This document shows positions 13,208-26,984 of a DNA stretch of 64,000 nucleotides, piece by piece. The DNA is from Eledone cirrhosa (Eukaryota), in the NCBI GenBank assembly GCA_964016885.1, contig OZ024740.1, forward strand, positions 351,912,001 through 351,976,000. Reading direction: 5' to 3'. Within the stretch, counting starts at the first letter, position 1. Each line of letters opens with the position of its first letter. The position numbers and the translations under genes are program-made. Under the pieces are notes generated by a model. That model was not told where the DNA came from, did not search any database, and saw only the letters and a program-made list of their open reading frames with translations.

Positions 13208-15675
13208 ATAATTAAAAACAAAATGAGCTAAGGGAAATAACCCAAGTAGGTGAATGGTATGAATTTAAAGTAATAAGTTGAGGTGTGATATATTGAAAGG
13301 CATATGCAATAACTTCTCAATTAACTGAAATTTCCCTCTTAATTGGACAAAGAAGACAAAATGCTTGCAGTAGTTGTTAGCAAGTCTCAAAGGAAAGAAA
13401 GGGGAGAATCCTTTCATGACATTATGAATTAATTTCATAAAATTTCATTTACATACTTTATGGAAAATTTGATTTTTGTTAACAACTAAAAAAGGTGAAT
13501 TTCAATTAATTGAGAATTCAGGACATCATCACTTAATTCATTTAACTAAATTCATGCCTCAAGTGTCCTCACTACCTCTAAAGATTAGAGAGAATTCTTC
13601 AGTCAAGTCAAGGACATGACAACCTCCCTAGTGTTGGGGCTATAAAAAAATGCAGCCTGTACAATTTGTAAAGTGGTTGACATTAAGAAGGGCATCCAAC
13701 CACGAAAATCATGTAAAAAAAAAGATAACAATGAGTGAGATATCATCCCCCAATACATCTGGAAGGACAGTATCTCTGATTACATATTGACATGGTCTGT
13801 AATAACTTGTCCAACCCACATCAGCATAGAAAGCTGCCTGCAAAATGATGATGCCATTGTCCTATTTGGATTATTTCCCTTAGCAGATTTAATTTCTTTT
13901 TTTGTAATTATGTGGGCCTTTAGCCCTTCAGAGTTCAGTAGCTCAATTTAAGTACTGATCAGTCTGTTACAAAATGTCCAACACTTGCTAGCAGGGAAAA
14001 TGGACATTAAGTAATTATGATATGCAAATTACTACAGGACAAAAATCCCCCTAATTCATTTACTATTGTAAAATTTTCTGTTGATTGATCAAGCAAGCTT
14101 GAGTTCAACTATGTCTGTAGCTGTTGTCTTGCCTGTTAACAAGGATCAGGTTTTTCCCTAAGTATCTAAATTAATTCATAAATTTTTGAAGATATCTCTT
14201 ATTTTCTTTGTGAGTCACTAACAATTACTACAAGGTTCTCTAATCAAGGAGGAAAATTCAATTAATTGAAAATGTTTGCATGTGTCATTCAATTGATCCT
14301 CCCCCTCCAATTTATATATTTGAATTAAGTAGCTTGATCACGTCAATTTATCAGTCAATAATGGCACCAGTCAACAAAAGAATCTCTACAGGGTTGTTCA
14401 ACCTGCTAAACATAACAGCTAAATATCTCTCAAATCACACCCTACTATCATTTACAAAAAAAAGAAAGAATTTAAAATAATTTAGTCTTAAATTAACTGT
14501 GTTTGAAAAAAAGACAGAATAATCATCCCTGGAATGTCTTTCATCTTAGGTCAGTTCCATCAAGACTGGCTTGGAACTAAATAACTCGAATATTCACAAA
14601 AGGTCAGCAATTTGGGAGAAAGAGGTGTTGAAGTACTTAACTGGTACATCATTTTATCAATCCCAGAAGGATGAAAACCAAAGTTAACTATAGCAGGATT
14701 TGAACTCAGAATGTAGAAACCATTTTGTCTAACACTCTACTAATCCACTGCTCTCACCTGGAACTAAACAACAACAATAACAAACCACAATCAGTAATTG
14801 TATCAATGCAGATGCTAATTTTATAGACTTTAGCCCTTTACCATTTACATTCTTTAAACTTATGAAACCCATCACCTCATTAGGTGTGAATACAGTCAAT
14901 TTCTTCCAGTGAAGGAGGGTGAAAAGAAAAGAGAGGAAGTGGGAAAGAGATATAGGGAAAGACTTGACCCCACTATTGGACTGACACTCTTTGACTTCAA
15001 AATAATTGTTTCTACTTTTGGCACAAGGCCATCAATTACCCAGTGCATTACTGGTACTTTATTTTATCGATCCCGTAAGGATGAAAGGCAAAGTTAACCT
15101 CGGCAGGATTTGAACTCAGATCAGAAAGGGCGTAACTCTGTGCTATAAACCATGTTGTCCAACCCTCTACCGATACTGCCTTCAAAATAATGAAAGGCAA
15201 AGTTGACCTCAACTGGATTTGAATTCAGTGAACACAGAGAGCTAAAACAGATACTGCAAAGCATTCTATCTACCATTCTAACCACTCTACCAATTCACCA
15301 CCTACCACAGTACTTAATGACTACTTTATTTTGTTTACTCCAGAAAGATGAGATGAAAAGCAAAGTTGACTCTAGCAGGATTTTAACTCATGGCTCTAAC
15401 TAAAACCACAAGGCATTTTGCCTAACATTGAAAAACTGAAAATTAATGTTGACAAACTGTAAGTTCAATCTTGGACTGGCACCATTTAGCTGGCATTTAT
15501 TAGGGAAATTAACCATAATTAGTTCAAATGTACCTTGGTGCTAGAAACCAACCTACATAAGTATTTATCTCAATTAATTGTAAATCCAGTGAATACACCA
15601 ATGATATAAATTGTCACACCCTTGAATGTTGGTAGATCCCACACAATATTTTAACCCTTAAACCACAAAGTAGGG

Positions 15676-16000
15676 AAGGAATATGGCTTAGTGGTTAGAG
15701 CATTGGGCTTACAATCATAAGGTTGTGAGTTTGATTCTTGGACCGTGCTTTGCATTGTGTTCTTGAGCAAGACATTTTTTCACATTGCTCCAGTTTACTC
15801 AGTTATAGAAATTAGTTGTGATGTCATTAGTGACATGCTGCATCGGTATTTGCCTTTCCCTTGGACATCATCGGTGGCATGGAGAGGGGAGGCTGGTATG
15901 CATGAGCATCTGCTGGTCTTCCACAAACAACCTTGCCCGAACTTTCTAGGTGCAAATTCCATGGTCATTTGTGACAAAAGGGGGTCTTTACCCTTTACCC
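15676..16000 (+). mobile_element. tRNA/CORE-like SINE ending in (TTTACCC)n; related minus-strand copy at 8860-9075
   Basis: A/B boxes, CORE-like segment, distinct GC-richer 3' domain, TTTACCCTTTACCC end. Confidence 0.75.
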
Positions 16001-16150
16001 TAAACCACAAAGTATTTTTAATGCACAGAACAATGTTACATATATAACTAGTATGCTAATGAAGCACTAAATAATATATATTTAAATTTTCTATGAAAAA
16101 CAAAACTTTTTTTTCATGTTATTTTTACCAAAGCCTTTTATATATATATA

Positions 16151-16340
16151 TAAACAACCATCTGGTTGTGGAACCAACCAACCGGAAATTTATAAATTTA
16201 TTATAATAAATTGAAGTGAAAGCAACTGGTGCCTGTGTTTCTTATTGGCAACATGACCCTCCCAAAGTATAACAATATCGGTTTCAACACACGGTTTCAG
16301 ATAAAGAATCTTGCTAAACAAATTCAGAAACGAAACCTTT
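16151..16340. mobile_element. (TA)n-flanked element; rearranged second copy at 34868-35260
   Basis: 16151-16278 matches 35113-35258 directly; 16254-16334 matches 34868-34950 in reverse complement. Confidence 0.8.
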
Positions 16341-16374
16341 TATATATATTTTCAATATATTCTCTATTAGCATT

Positions 16375-16930
16375 TTACTAGGTTTGGTCTTTGGATCTGT
16401 GAGCAATACAATTGCCACTGTGGATTTACAACAGACATTGCTGGACTCCACCCACTATCAAGCTGCCTCAGTGCCAGCTGCTTCTCTCAACATGACATTC
16501 TAAATTAAACCTGGTTTGAATGCAGCTGATTTACCATTGCAGCTGAAACTGGTGGGGTTAAATCAAGAGAACAACAAATAACCAGACAGCATTACAATCT
16601 TTCAATTCTGAAGCAATAACTCACTTATCTGGGATGCAGTTTGCAAGAATATTCTCAGCAAACTAGTGAATTCAGCATCCAAGCCAGGCTTCATTGTTCA
16701 ATAGGCTGAGGATTGCAAGCTGACAAAGTACCAGCTGCTTTCTGATAAGTTTCTTGTTAAACTCATAGTGGTGGAAACATCTGATGTCTTGGGCTTCAGA
16801 ATGACCTCCCTACTCAGTTTTGATCAGTATGAAGATGGTCATCTGCAAGAACAATCCCCGCAAGGTGGTCTAGCTCTTTCATCACATCTCCAACATCTAT
16901 CAGAGTAATACATTCACTATCTTCTCCTCC
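16375..16930 (+). pseudogene. Decayed CRE-clade non-LTR retrotransposon C-terminus (zinc knuckle + restriction-like endonuclease)
   Basis: Translates with stops as RFGLWICEQYNCHCG..D..GLHPLSS..HDILN, L.L.LVGL.....*PDSIT, LIWDAVC, KLTKYQLLSDKF.V.LIVVETS; matches the CxCG-H-C / RH / RPDG / WD / K..KY / ETxG pattern. Confidence 0.75.
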
Positions 16931-18185
16931 AGGACCACAAATCATTTGCATTAACTACTGTGATATCCTTCAGTTTTGTATTCATGAAATAAAAAGTATG
17001 TTAATTTTGAAAACAAATGTTCTTAAATTTTCAACAATTTCATTTGATTTGAGATTTCTAAAATGTCAGTGACAGATACAGAAAATAATGCTTTAGAATC
17101 TCATGGAGTTAAAAGAGATCAAATAACATGTAAAGAGGGTGATACATGTAAACAAAATGAAATGGTGCAGCAGTTAGATTAGGAACAGTCCTCAGTAAGG
17201 GATTTTGGAAAGGAAGGAAAGTATAACTCAATGAAGAACTGTGTTTTATACAGGATCTAAGGAAAAGACTTCAGAAAAGAAAGTATATGATGAGTTAAAC
17301 GAAGGTAAGAACCAGATTAAATAGAATCAAGTATTAATGACTTGAAGTAGCTATGACAGAATGTTTCTAAAATGTGTAATTAAATATGAAAGCTTTCAAT
17401 ACTCTATTAGATGTCTGAAATATCAATAACAACAACAACCCACCCACACAAAACTTTCCAATCAAATGCTTTTATAATCAATTACATGAAAGGAATATGG
17501 CATTTCACAACTAATAATTTCTGAAAGAAAAATAAAGCATTGACCATGTTTTTATAACAGAATTTCCCCAGAAAAAAAAGATTAAATGATCTCTAATTAT
17601 CAAATAAACTCTCAAAATAAGTTTGCTAAGTGTGACAAGAAAAACATATCTTTGAAATATTTTCTTCACCAAAAGGTCAACAGGTGAAGGCATAAGATAA
17701 TATAAAGCGGAATATTAAGAGGGTAATGAGTCTGTCGGCAGCAAGACAACAAGCATGCTGTAATATCTACATTGTTTGAAAGGTAACTATGCTTAGAATG
17801 TATTACAAATATAAATAGAGAAAACATTTCCATCAACTGAGGGAGGCAGCAAAGTTAGTAAGGTTCTTCAGAAATATAATTGGCACATGCAGCGTTTTAA
17901 ATAGTTAACCAATATGGACTGGCCCTTAACTAATAAGATAAACCATAGTGTTATGTGGGGAGTATAAGCGTACTAAGTAAATATATATTCTTGTCACAAC
18001 AGAAAACTTTGCACCAGATTTGTATACTTAGCTGTAACCAGCCAAGGGTAGATGCAACAGAAGCAGTCTCGTTGGCAGGGAGCCTGATTTACATGTACAC
18101 AAATATAGGTTCAATTCCAATACACATTTGAGATTTCATTATTATTAGATTATGTGTGCAGGTGTATGTATGAAAAATAACTTAC

Positions 18186-18276
18186 CATATTCTTCAGGGT
18201 AAGCCCAAGATCTTCTATGAAACTTTTTATTCCGATCTTTAAGCCATAACCAGAATTTTCCAAATGCTCTTGCCAT
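18186..18276 (-). CDS. Candidate first coding exon MARAFGKFWLWLKDRNKKFHRRSWAYPEEY (product unknown)
   Basis: GCTATGG Kozak context, 30 open codons in unique sequence, consensus donor ATG|GTAAGT; lies downstream of the CpG-rich region on minus. Confidence 0.45.
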
Positions 18277-19282
18277 AGCTTTGACTACTCCTCAAGGGAT
18301 TTATAAAGCTTTAACTTTTGCATATGAATATATATTTTCAGTTCTGTTAACAAATTCAATATTTGGTAAGTTCGAAAGGGATTGAGAGAGATCTCTTTAT
18401 TCCCTCGTTTTAATGTCAACAGCAGCAAAACTTAAGATTCATATAAGCCTCTAGTCCCATCAAATTATGGGATGATTTTGTATATAAATAATATAAAACT
18501 AGTGGAACACTTCTCAATAATAAAAATTCTAAATATATACTGGGGTTATTTTTCATTTGTTACAGTAAAAATATTCTTCATAAGAATATATCAAGAGCAA
18601 CTAAAACAAATTAGTTGACTTGTAGCCCCAGGTCATTCCTGAAAGAAATTTGTGAAAGATTTGATCTCCTAGCAGTATATTTCCTTCTTAAAATTCAAAT
18701 GTTATGGATGAGTTAGAATTTTTTTTTTAATGGTGAATGAGAGAAGAAAAAGGGTATATCTGTGATAAGTAAAATAAAGTTTGTAAATTAATTTATATAT
18801 TAGTGTAACTTATACTTTATTAATGTATAATACAGGAGTATGTACTGATTAATACTCTTTAACTGCCTATAAAATACTATTTCTATGACTTTTATTTTGT
18901 GTATTGCTTGTCTCCTAAATTATGATGCATTTTTAACAAGCTTGCATAAATATGTATTTTTTCTAAAAATTTATATATGTATGTATATATGTATATATAT
19001 ATAGAACCTAGTGGCAGTAGGTTTAATTAAATTACTGATAAATGTTTATACAGTGTGAAAGTTCACTTGTTTTACAGTTGAATGATAATTTAAAGCAACA
19101 GGTATAAAGTTATTTTAAATTGTTTGTACGTCAGATATTACAATGAACTTTTTTCTTAGACGGAATTTCACATTTAGTTTTTACATTTTTTCTCTTTTTA
19201 ATTATTTTATATTCCATGGCTGAACACATTTTCTCTAAAAAATACTTTGAAGAAACACACCCACGCACACACGTGTGTGTGG

Positions 19283-19354
<72 letters not shown>

Positions 19355-20039
19355 TGTTTCAAAAGATCTTGTAATAGGGTGAAAGCAGAAATTATTTGCT
19401 TAAACTTTAATCTGTACTAATAATAAATATTTGCTCTACGGTTTATATATACTATCTATAAATATACCTACAATGCTTATCAAGCCCTCTTCGGATTTTG
19501 GTCTTCGTAATTATTATTATTACTATATATATATATATATGTGGATGTTATTTAGGTATATATTTAAAATGTGTTATGTTATTCTATTGTAAATTTATTG
19601 AATACGGAATCTACAATGTTATTTATGTATATATTTTATATATATAAACTCCAAGAGAGTGAGAAAGTAACTAATAAAGCCTTCAATAAAATAAATAAAA
19701 TATGGAAGGTTATTTTAAACACTTGTTGAAGAAAAAATATATATAATAAATTAATAGGAAGAAAATATAAGGCAATGTGGAATCTATTAAGCTAGAGAAG
19801 TGTGTAAATAGTTGTGTGGGGGGAGTGTGAACACTGATATCGTAGTGGGGGGGGGGGGTATTTCACAATTGCCACTAAACTAGGTATGAAAAATGTGAGT
19901 GTGGTAGGATCAATAAACATATATTACACGATGGGAAGAAAATTATTTTGTTTGTTGCTTGTTTTCTGATGCTATTTCTTCCCCCATTTTTTTTTTTTTT
20001 TCTTTCCTCTCTTGTAAGCAAATATGACAATCTGAGTTG

Positions 20040-21900
20040 TAAATCACAATAGAGAGAAATATTAAAAGATCACCACAAACCAGCTGGCGATCGACTTATT
20101 TTATCATACTACTGCTGATGGATGAAGCGATTGTATTGAAGTAAAACAACGGAACATTTTCGAGGTATTGACATCTTCAATAAACATAAAAACTTTGGAG
20201 AAGGTAATGATTTAATAAGTTCCACATTCGCTTTCATTAATCATTAATTCTTTCTTCCTCTTTTAACTGAACTGTTTTACCGAAAATATGTTATCGTTCC
20301 AATGTGGTCGGTAGGCATTTAACTTCACACGTGCAAGAAGCATTAAGAGGCCGGGACAGATGGGTTTAGCGATGCAGCGGTAAACATGTATAACTGCGTA
20401 AAGTGGAGAATATTTATCAGTAGAAATAGATATAAAAGTGCGAAAATTTATAAATAAATGAATGGGGGAAAACACATTCAGTCGCGTGTATTTTTCTGTC
20501 TTTCGTTATAAATACCTGATAGAAACTATGAGTAATCCAAAGTTTGTACGGTCGAATTTTGCTAATTTTCAAACAAATATTTGAAAATTCGTTACCCGTT
20601 TTATAAGCTAGGGTGTGCGTGTTTTGGGTTGTTTTTTTTTAGTTTTGGGGGGTATTTTTTTGTCTCTTTTTCTTTCTTTTTTACATTTTCTTTTATCTTT
20701 ACTTTTTGGTGCCAGAAACCAGCTTAAAAAATGGAATGGTTTCTAGTCGCTGGGGTTTTTAAGCATGAGTGAAATCGGTTCGGAATACCGTTATCTTCAT
20801 ATCCTCTGATATCAAGATATCAATCAAAATTCACATATTAAGGAGTGATATGTTCGTCCCCTTTTCTTCTCTCTTTCTCCCACTTTCTCGTCATCTTCTT
20901 TTCCTTCTCTTACCCTCTTCTTTCTCGGCGTCATTTTTCTTTCTTTTCCTTTCTTTTTCTCCTCTACCTATTTCCTTTCAGGATTTACACTAAGCCACAA
21001 TCCTTTCATACTACGGTCTTTTGCTTTTCTCGCTTTCTTTCCCATCCTATACACGGCTTATTCGTTCTCTCTCTAGTTTCTTTTTCTTTCGTTTACTGTT
21101 TTTTTTTCTTTTTCTTTGTTTTTTTTGTTTGGGGGGGGGGGGGATCCCTTATTGTCTCCGCTCTTGCCCCTACCTCATTGCCGTTTATATCCTCATGTAC
21201 ACAGCTCCTCTGTTTATTTAGTCGTTACTTTGACTGTCACCGATCCATTCATTGTTGTTGTAGTTATGTATTTCTGGACACCTACACACTGTAATTAGTG
21301 AACGCATTGTTGTAGAAAGTTACAGCGACGGCTGCAACAGAGCAAGCCATCATCGGAGGAGGAGCCGCCGCATCTAGTTTACAAGCAGAGAGAAGAGGGC
21401 GGAGGGAAAGCAATATGTTAAAGAATGAGAGGAGGAGAATATAGCAAGTCAAAAAGCGTCGAACATCGACATAAATCATTATCATCATCATCATCGTCGT
21501 CTCCTCCTCGAACAACACTATGCATGCAAACTGTTGCCGCGGCTGAGTAATCTGTTGCTGCTGCTGCTAATATACGTATTTTGGGCTTTGACAGTCGCTT
21601 ACTCCACAGACCTCCTTCACACCGGACCAACTACATGAATACACCGGACCAAATACATGATACATGAATGTTTCTCAAAAAAAGAACAGAATTTTATACA
21701 CACAAACACATATATGTATATTACACACACAAAGAGACATTACATATGTACTTTTATATAAATCGATCGATATTGATATGTAAACAATCACATTTCTTCG
21801 GGGACCGGCAGAAAAAGTTGCGGGGTTTCGATTTTCGTAGAACGTTATCGATTTTCAACTTAGAATTATATTCTGTTGCTTAGCCGCATGTCGAACATGA
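20040..21900. promoter_or_regulatory. CpG-enriched, transposon-free region; candidate promoter and 5' UTR exon
   Basis: Visibly high CpG density versus the flanks, no SINE/MITE copies, short GCA/GAT/GGA runs typical of 5' UTRs; possible minus-strand donor GAG|GTAGGG at 21174/21173. Confidence 0.5.
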
Positions 21901-22080
21901 ATGATCAGAGCTATGATCAAAGGTGCTCCAGTCATGACCATCCCATCTTTTATTCAGCTATAGCGTGTCTAAAAGTTTGCTGTCTAAATGACCGTTTTAA
22001 AGACTGCATGGTGTGATTTGAAGAAGATTTGGCTGCTATTTCCAGCAAATCAAGCGAATACGTAGGTTCAACTACATTGT
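21885..22080 (+). repeat. Unclassified interspersed repeat (also 12690-12850, 14360-14580, 41970-42120, 47990-48140, 50730-50905, split copy 56400-56513 + 57111-57190)
   Basis: Recurrent TATGATCAAAGGC.TTCCAGCCATGACCATC ... GATTTGGCTGCTATTTC.AGCA. Confidence 0.7.
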
Positions 22081-22374
22081 TTACAAGTTGTATACCGACT
22101 TCCATGTATACATATTTTGCAACATATTGTTTGTTTGTTTTTTAATTTCTCTAAAAAAAGAAAAAATGGGTTACTTTCCTTTATTTTTAAAGTAAGCATG
22201 TAGCAACAATAAGTCGTTAATTGTGACTAATTCCTAAGATGTGATGGGTTAAATATCTCGTCCAAGAGGGAAGCAACGAAAACTGACTAGCTCTTAATAA
22301 TAATTTCTCCCACTGCCCTTTTTTGTTATTTCTAATTTCTAACACAGAAATAGGTGTGATTAAATGGGAGGTGG

Positions 22375-22500
22375 TGGCTGTCATGTATCTCACCTTACCA
22401 ATATAGCAGGTGATGACTGCGAAGGTGCTTGGTTAATCCAACAACTTAGCTTCTCTATCACCCGTGGCAATGCTGCGAGTGTGCTGGCTTGCCTAAAAGA
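22375..22500 (+). pseudogene. CRE-clade terminal fragment
   Basis: HLTNIAGDDCEGAWLIQQLSFSITRGNAASVLACL. Confidence 0.7.
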
Positions 22501-22943
22501 ATTATTAGATGGAAACTCCAGTGCCTATTGTTATAGCATATGATTCAGTGAGCAGGTCTTCTCCTACCTCCTTATTTCGTATTTTTATCTTTTCTTTTTT
22601 ACTACTTTTTCATTGCTATGTACATAAAATTGGATCAGCCGTAGGGGCTTAAGGCAAGGAACAGTTGATTACAACCACGCCAGAATTTAACTAGTACTTA
22701 TATTAAAGATCCCGGAAGGATGATGAACGAAGTCGATCCCAGCGGGATTTGAACTCGTATCGTCTCGCTGAATAACATTGACAGTTTACGTTTTCCTTGT
22801 GGAGGATTACCCGTTATCTTCTCCGAGCAGCAATGTTTTTTAATTCATACATATTCACATGTTTTCTTTCTCTCTGTTATATTTGAATGAAAATCTACAG
22901 CTCAACTAAGAACAAGCGCTCGCTTACAGATCACATGCGTGTA

Positions 22944-23006
<63 letters not shown>

Positions 23007-23031
23007 CCGAATTAGCTATCCATGCCAGTGT

Positions 23032-23092
<61 letters not shown>

Positions 23093-25264
23093 GAGAGAAG
23101 AAACGAGGCGAGTAGAGAGGTGGTGTGCTGAGACAGACTCGTCCAACCCATGCAAGTGTGGAAAAACGGACGTAAAAAAATTGGGTGTGTGTGTATGTAC
23201 GCATGTGTGTACGCGCGTGTGTGTGTGTTGGTTCCAGCCAGTGAACTTAGAACATACACAAATATCATCTTATAGTAAGAGAAATAACAAGAAATTTTAA
23301 TTAAAAATAACATGGACAGGCAGAAAGTGAATTAAGGTAATACTTGGCAGCCCCGATTATAGAGGGTGTCAACCATTGTATTTACATCGAACCCGTCACT
23401 ATTTTTCTTTTAAATACTGAGGAAAACAATTCTATAATCATAAGTATTATGTATTTGTGTGTATGTAACTGAGTTGTCTAATACATGCATCAATAAAAAC
23501 AGCCTTCTAAATTTATTGAGTTTTCTGATACATGATATTTTAATATTTTTATGTATATAACCATGCTATTCATGCCAGTGGTACCATCCATCTATGAGTC
23601 CTGGGCTCCTTTCATGACTATTTCTAATGAAATACACTATTTCAATTAATTAATGAAGAATTTTGAAGGAATTACTAAAATTATTAATTATTTCATTACT
23701 AAGATAGTAACTTAATATAAAATTATGTTGGAAGACTTTAATTTAAATTGGAAACCTTTAAAATAGGTGAATTTATTTCATAGAACCAGAGCTGGTTTAG
23801 GATGGGCTGGTAACTAAAGGGTTAGGGGTGCTGTCTTAGACATTTTAAACCTGGCAAACCCCATCCCTCTCCAGATCTAAACACAACTGATTTCAAGAGA
23901 AAGAGAAATGGAGGAAGAATAGACCCCAGTACTTAATTAGTAGTTACTTTATTCATTGAAATCGAAAGGATGAAAAGCAAAATTGACCTTGGCTGGATTT
24001 GAACACAGAGCACAGAAAGCCAGAACAAATACCAAAAAGAATCGTCTCCTACATTCTAACGACTTTCCCTAAGTCCGAAACTGCCAGCTCTCGAGTCACT
24101 AGTATAGCTTTATATCTATAATAATAATAATAATAATTGTTTCTACTTTTGGCACAAGGCCAGCAATTATCCCACTGCATTACTGGTACTTTATTTTATC
24201 GACCCCGTAAGGATGAAAGGCAAAGTTAACCTCAGCAGGATTTGAACTCAGACTGTAAAGAGACGTAACTATGCTGGAAAGCATCGCATCCGCCCCTCTT
24301 CCAATACTACAAATCTTCATATCTATAATAATAATAATAATAAAAATGGTTTTCGATGTGAGAATGCCAGAAATTAGTGTTTCAGGATTTATATCAATCT
24401 TCCGTAACAATTACTCGGTACTGAGGCTAAGATAAGTTATCAGGAATCAGACACTACAGAAATCAATACAACATCATGCACACCTTCCAGACACCCTTGC
24501 AACCTAAACCTGTACTTCTGTCCTTGTCTTCCTCTCATCATCTCACACCACTACCCTTCTAACTTATCTCCTACACACAACATATGTCCACTCTTCTTCT
24601 ATTCTCTCCATCTCCCTATCACTATCCCTACATTCCATGGCCCAAACCTCATATACAAATTTTCACAACAAACATCATAAATGGATTGAAATCCTCCCTT
24701 GATTTTTTATCAGATTTGACAAGTGAGAGTGGAAACCCCCATGAAGTACTTCTAGTTGTACTCTACCTATATGTCGTTATACTCATCTGGCACTGATCAT
24801 AAGGTTCTTTCTGAGCCATTGTTTTATGGCTGGAAGCTTTTCCAGGCACCAACTATTTTAGTTGCCTCTGACAACACACAGAGCTATGATGTACCTATTC
24901 TAAACTGGATACACACAGTTAATATAGTTATCTAAATACCTCCCATCATAATTTCATGGAAAAAAAACTAAAGTTATTTATAGCCCAAACACCAGATGAA
25001 TAATGAGAAAGTTATATTAAAAATATTTGAAAATCATAGGCAGTGTCTTTCATTAGAAATATAGTAATGAAAGGGTTACTATTTCTAGATCTGCTATTAT
25101 AATTCCAATCACAATATCCTAGATGAAAATGGAATTATAATAGAAGATATATATATATGAGATTAACAGAAATAAATGGAATTCTTCTAGTACTGGATCA
25201 ATTTAAAAGTGTCAGGAAAGCTGGAAGCTTAGCTTCAGTTTCATAACATTAATCAGATTAGATA

Positions 25265-25729
25265 TACCATATATACTCGAATATATGCCAGCCAATCTGA
25301 ATATAAGCTGACCCTCAATTTTATGTCTGAGAAACAGGCAAAAATCAAAACCCAATTTATAAGCCAAGGCAAGTTAATCAACACTGTTTTGATGGTGTGG
25401 TTGAAGCTCTCCTTATGAGGTTTTAATATCTTGATGTTCACAACTCCATTATGTAATGATTTTTTTTACCAATTTCTTACCCTTTTGAAAGTCATATTCA
25501 TTCAAAACATATAAAAAAAAACAATAGAAAATACAAATTTCATGTCAAAAGTGAAACCGGTGTAATATTCACCTCCAAAGTGAAAATATCTTAAGCACCT
25601 CATTTATGTAGAATTTGGAAGTTGGTGAAAATCAGCAAAATATTGACCTCACATATAAGTCGACTGTCATTTTACCATCAATATTTGTTTTTGTCACATA
25701 TTTTTCAGCTTATATAAGTATATATGGTA
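25265..25729. mobile_element. Tc1/mariner (pogo/Tigger-like) MITE (longer relative at 58832-59495)
   Basis: TA-CCATATATACT...AGTATATATGG-TA inverted termini with TA target; both ends are shared between the copies. Confidence 0.7.
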
Positions 25730-26984
25730 ACTCTCATATCCAATGATAGGTACTGGTTTTATGAATATGTCTAAGTGGATTCTGACTTTTTCCTCTCCTT
25801 GAAAGAAATTCTACTTTCTTGGTTAGTTGAATCAGTTGATACCACAAACTTAAAATATTTATATATTCTAAAGCAAAACAAAATCGGATTTTACTCAAAA
25901 ATTAACTTCTGTTAAATCCTCCCAGCTTTTCTTTTAATGTGTGATCTAAATGAATTCAAAGCCCCAATTTATGAAGCCTTAAATTCTATTAGGAGAAAGC
26001 TGGTGACACAAATGTATTTAAAGAACCAGTCTTTGACGAGATGACATGACAGTGGTAAAGTTGCCATCTCTTTACCAGGCGTAGAGCCAGTATCAAACAC
26101 ATGCTATGTCCTACCTTTTTTGTCCTGACCGAATTAGCTGCAGAACTAATACAAAATAAAAACACTATAAAAAGACTATATTCTACTAGAATATATGATC
26201 AAATACTTATTACAGTTTGTTTTTTTAAATGATCAGTCACCCAGAAACCAGGTTCACTGACAGGGGCTATATACTTTTAAATGACATTATCAAATATGTA
26301 TAATGACTTACAAAAGAAAACAAATGACTATTGACCCAGAAACAAGATGGGTTGACTGGATCTACACACACACACACACACACACATACACACTACTACT
26401 ACTACTAAATCGCTTCAGTAAATATTTATAACAACATGAAAAAACGACCATTGACTCCGAGAACTAGATGGGTTGACTGGAATTAAAATTTGATGGTCTG
26501 TGTGACAAAGAGTATGTAGGGATAGAAAGAGGATAAAAGTATAGATGAAAGAAGCATGTAGATATGTGAAGGAGAGAGAAAGGTAAAGAAAAGGGAGTAA
26601 AAACTATGAGCAATATGTGTATACGTATATTTATTTATATGTGTGTATATTTGAATATAAATTGATCTTTTGATGGTTTCCAGTGGTATGATCAACCTGC
26701 TCAGTGTATTAGGATGATGATATGGCTGAGTATTCCAAACAAATAGACCCTTTACAGAATATCTAGGTAGTATCAGCATGACAGTATGGAATGAAGCTAG
26801 TCTTTTGAATTACAGTACCTTCCATTTCATGGGCTTCTTCATAGTTCACATCTACCCAATTTTATTCATATGGCTTTGGTTGAGTAGAGATTATGATAGT
26901 AGAAACTTATCCAGGATGCTACAAAGCAAGATTGAACCTGGGAACACTTGATTACACAACAAACTGTTCTCTTGTGTATTTTTA

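Noticed and set aside
15988-16006. Telomere-like TTTACCC/CCCTAAA motif
   Set aside because: Only two units; it is the simple-repeat tail of a SINE.
20769-21630. Phe/Ser/Leu-rich and Ala/Asp-rich ORFs in the CpG-rich block
   Set aside because: Low-complexity pyrimidine and trinucleotide tracts; more consistent with UTR/intron.
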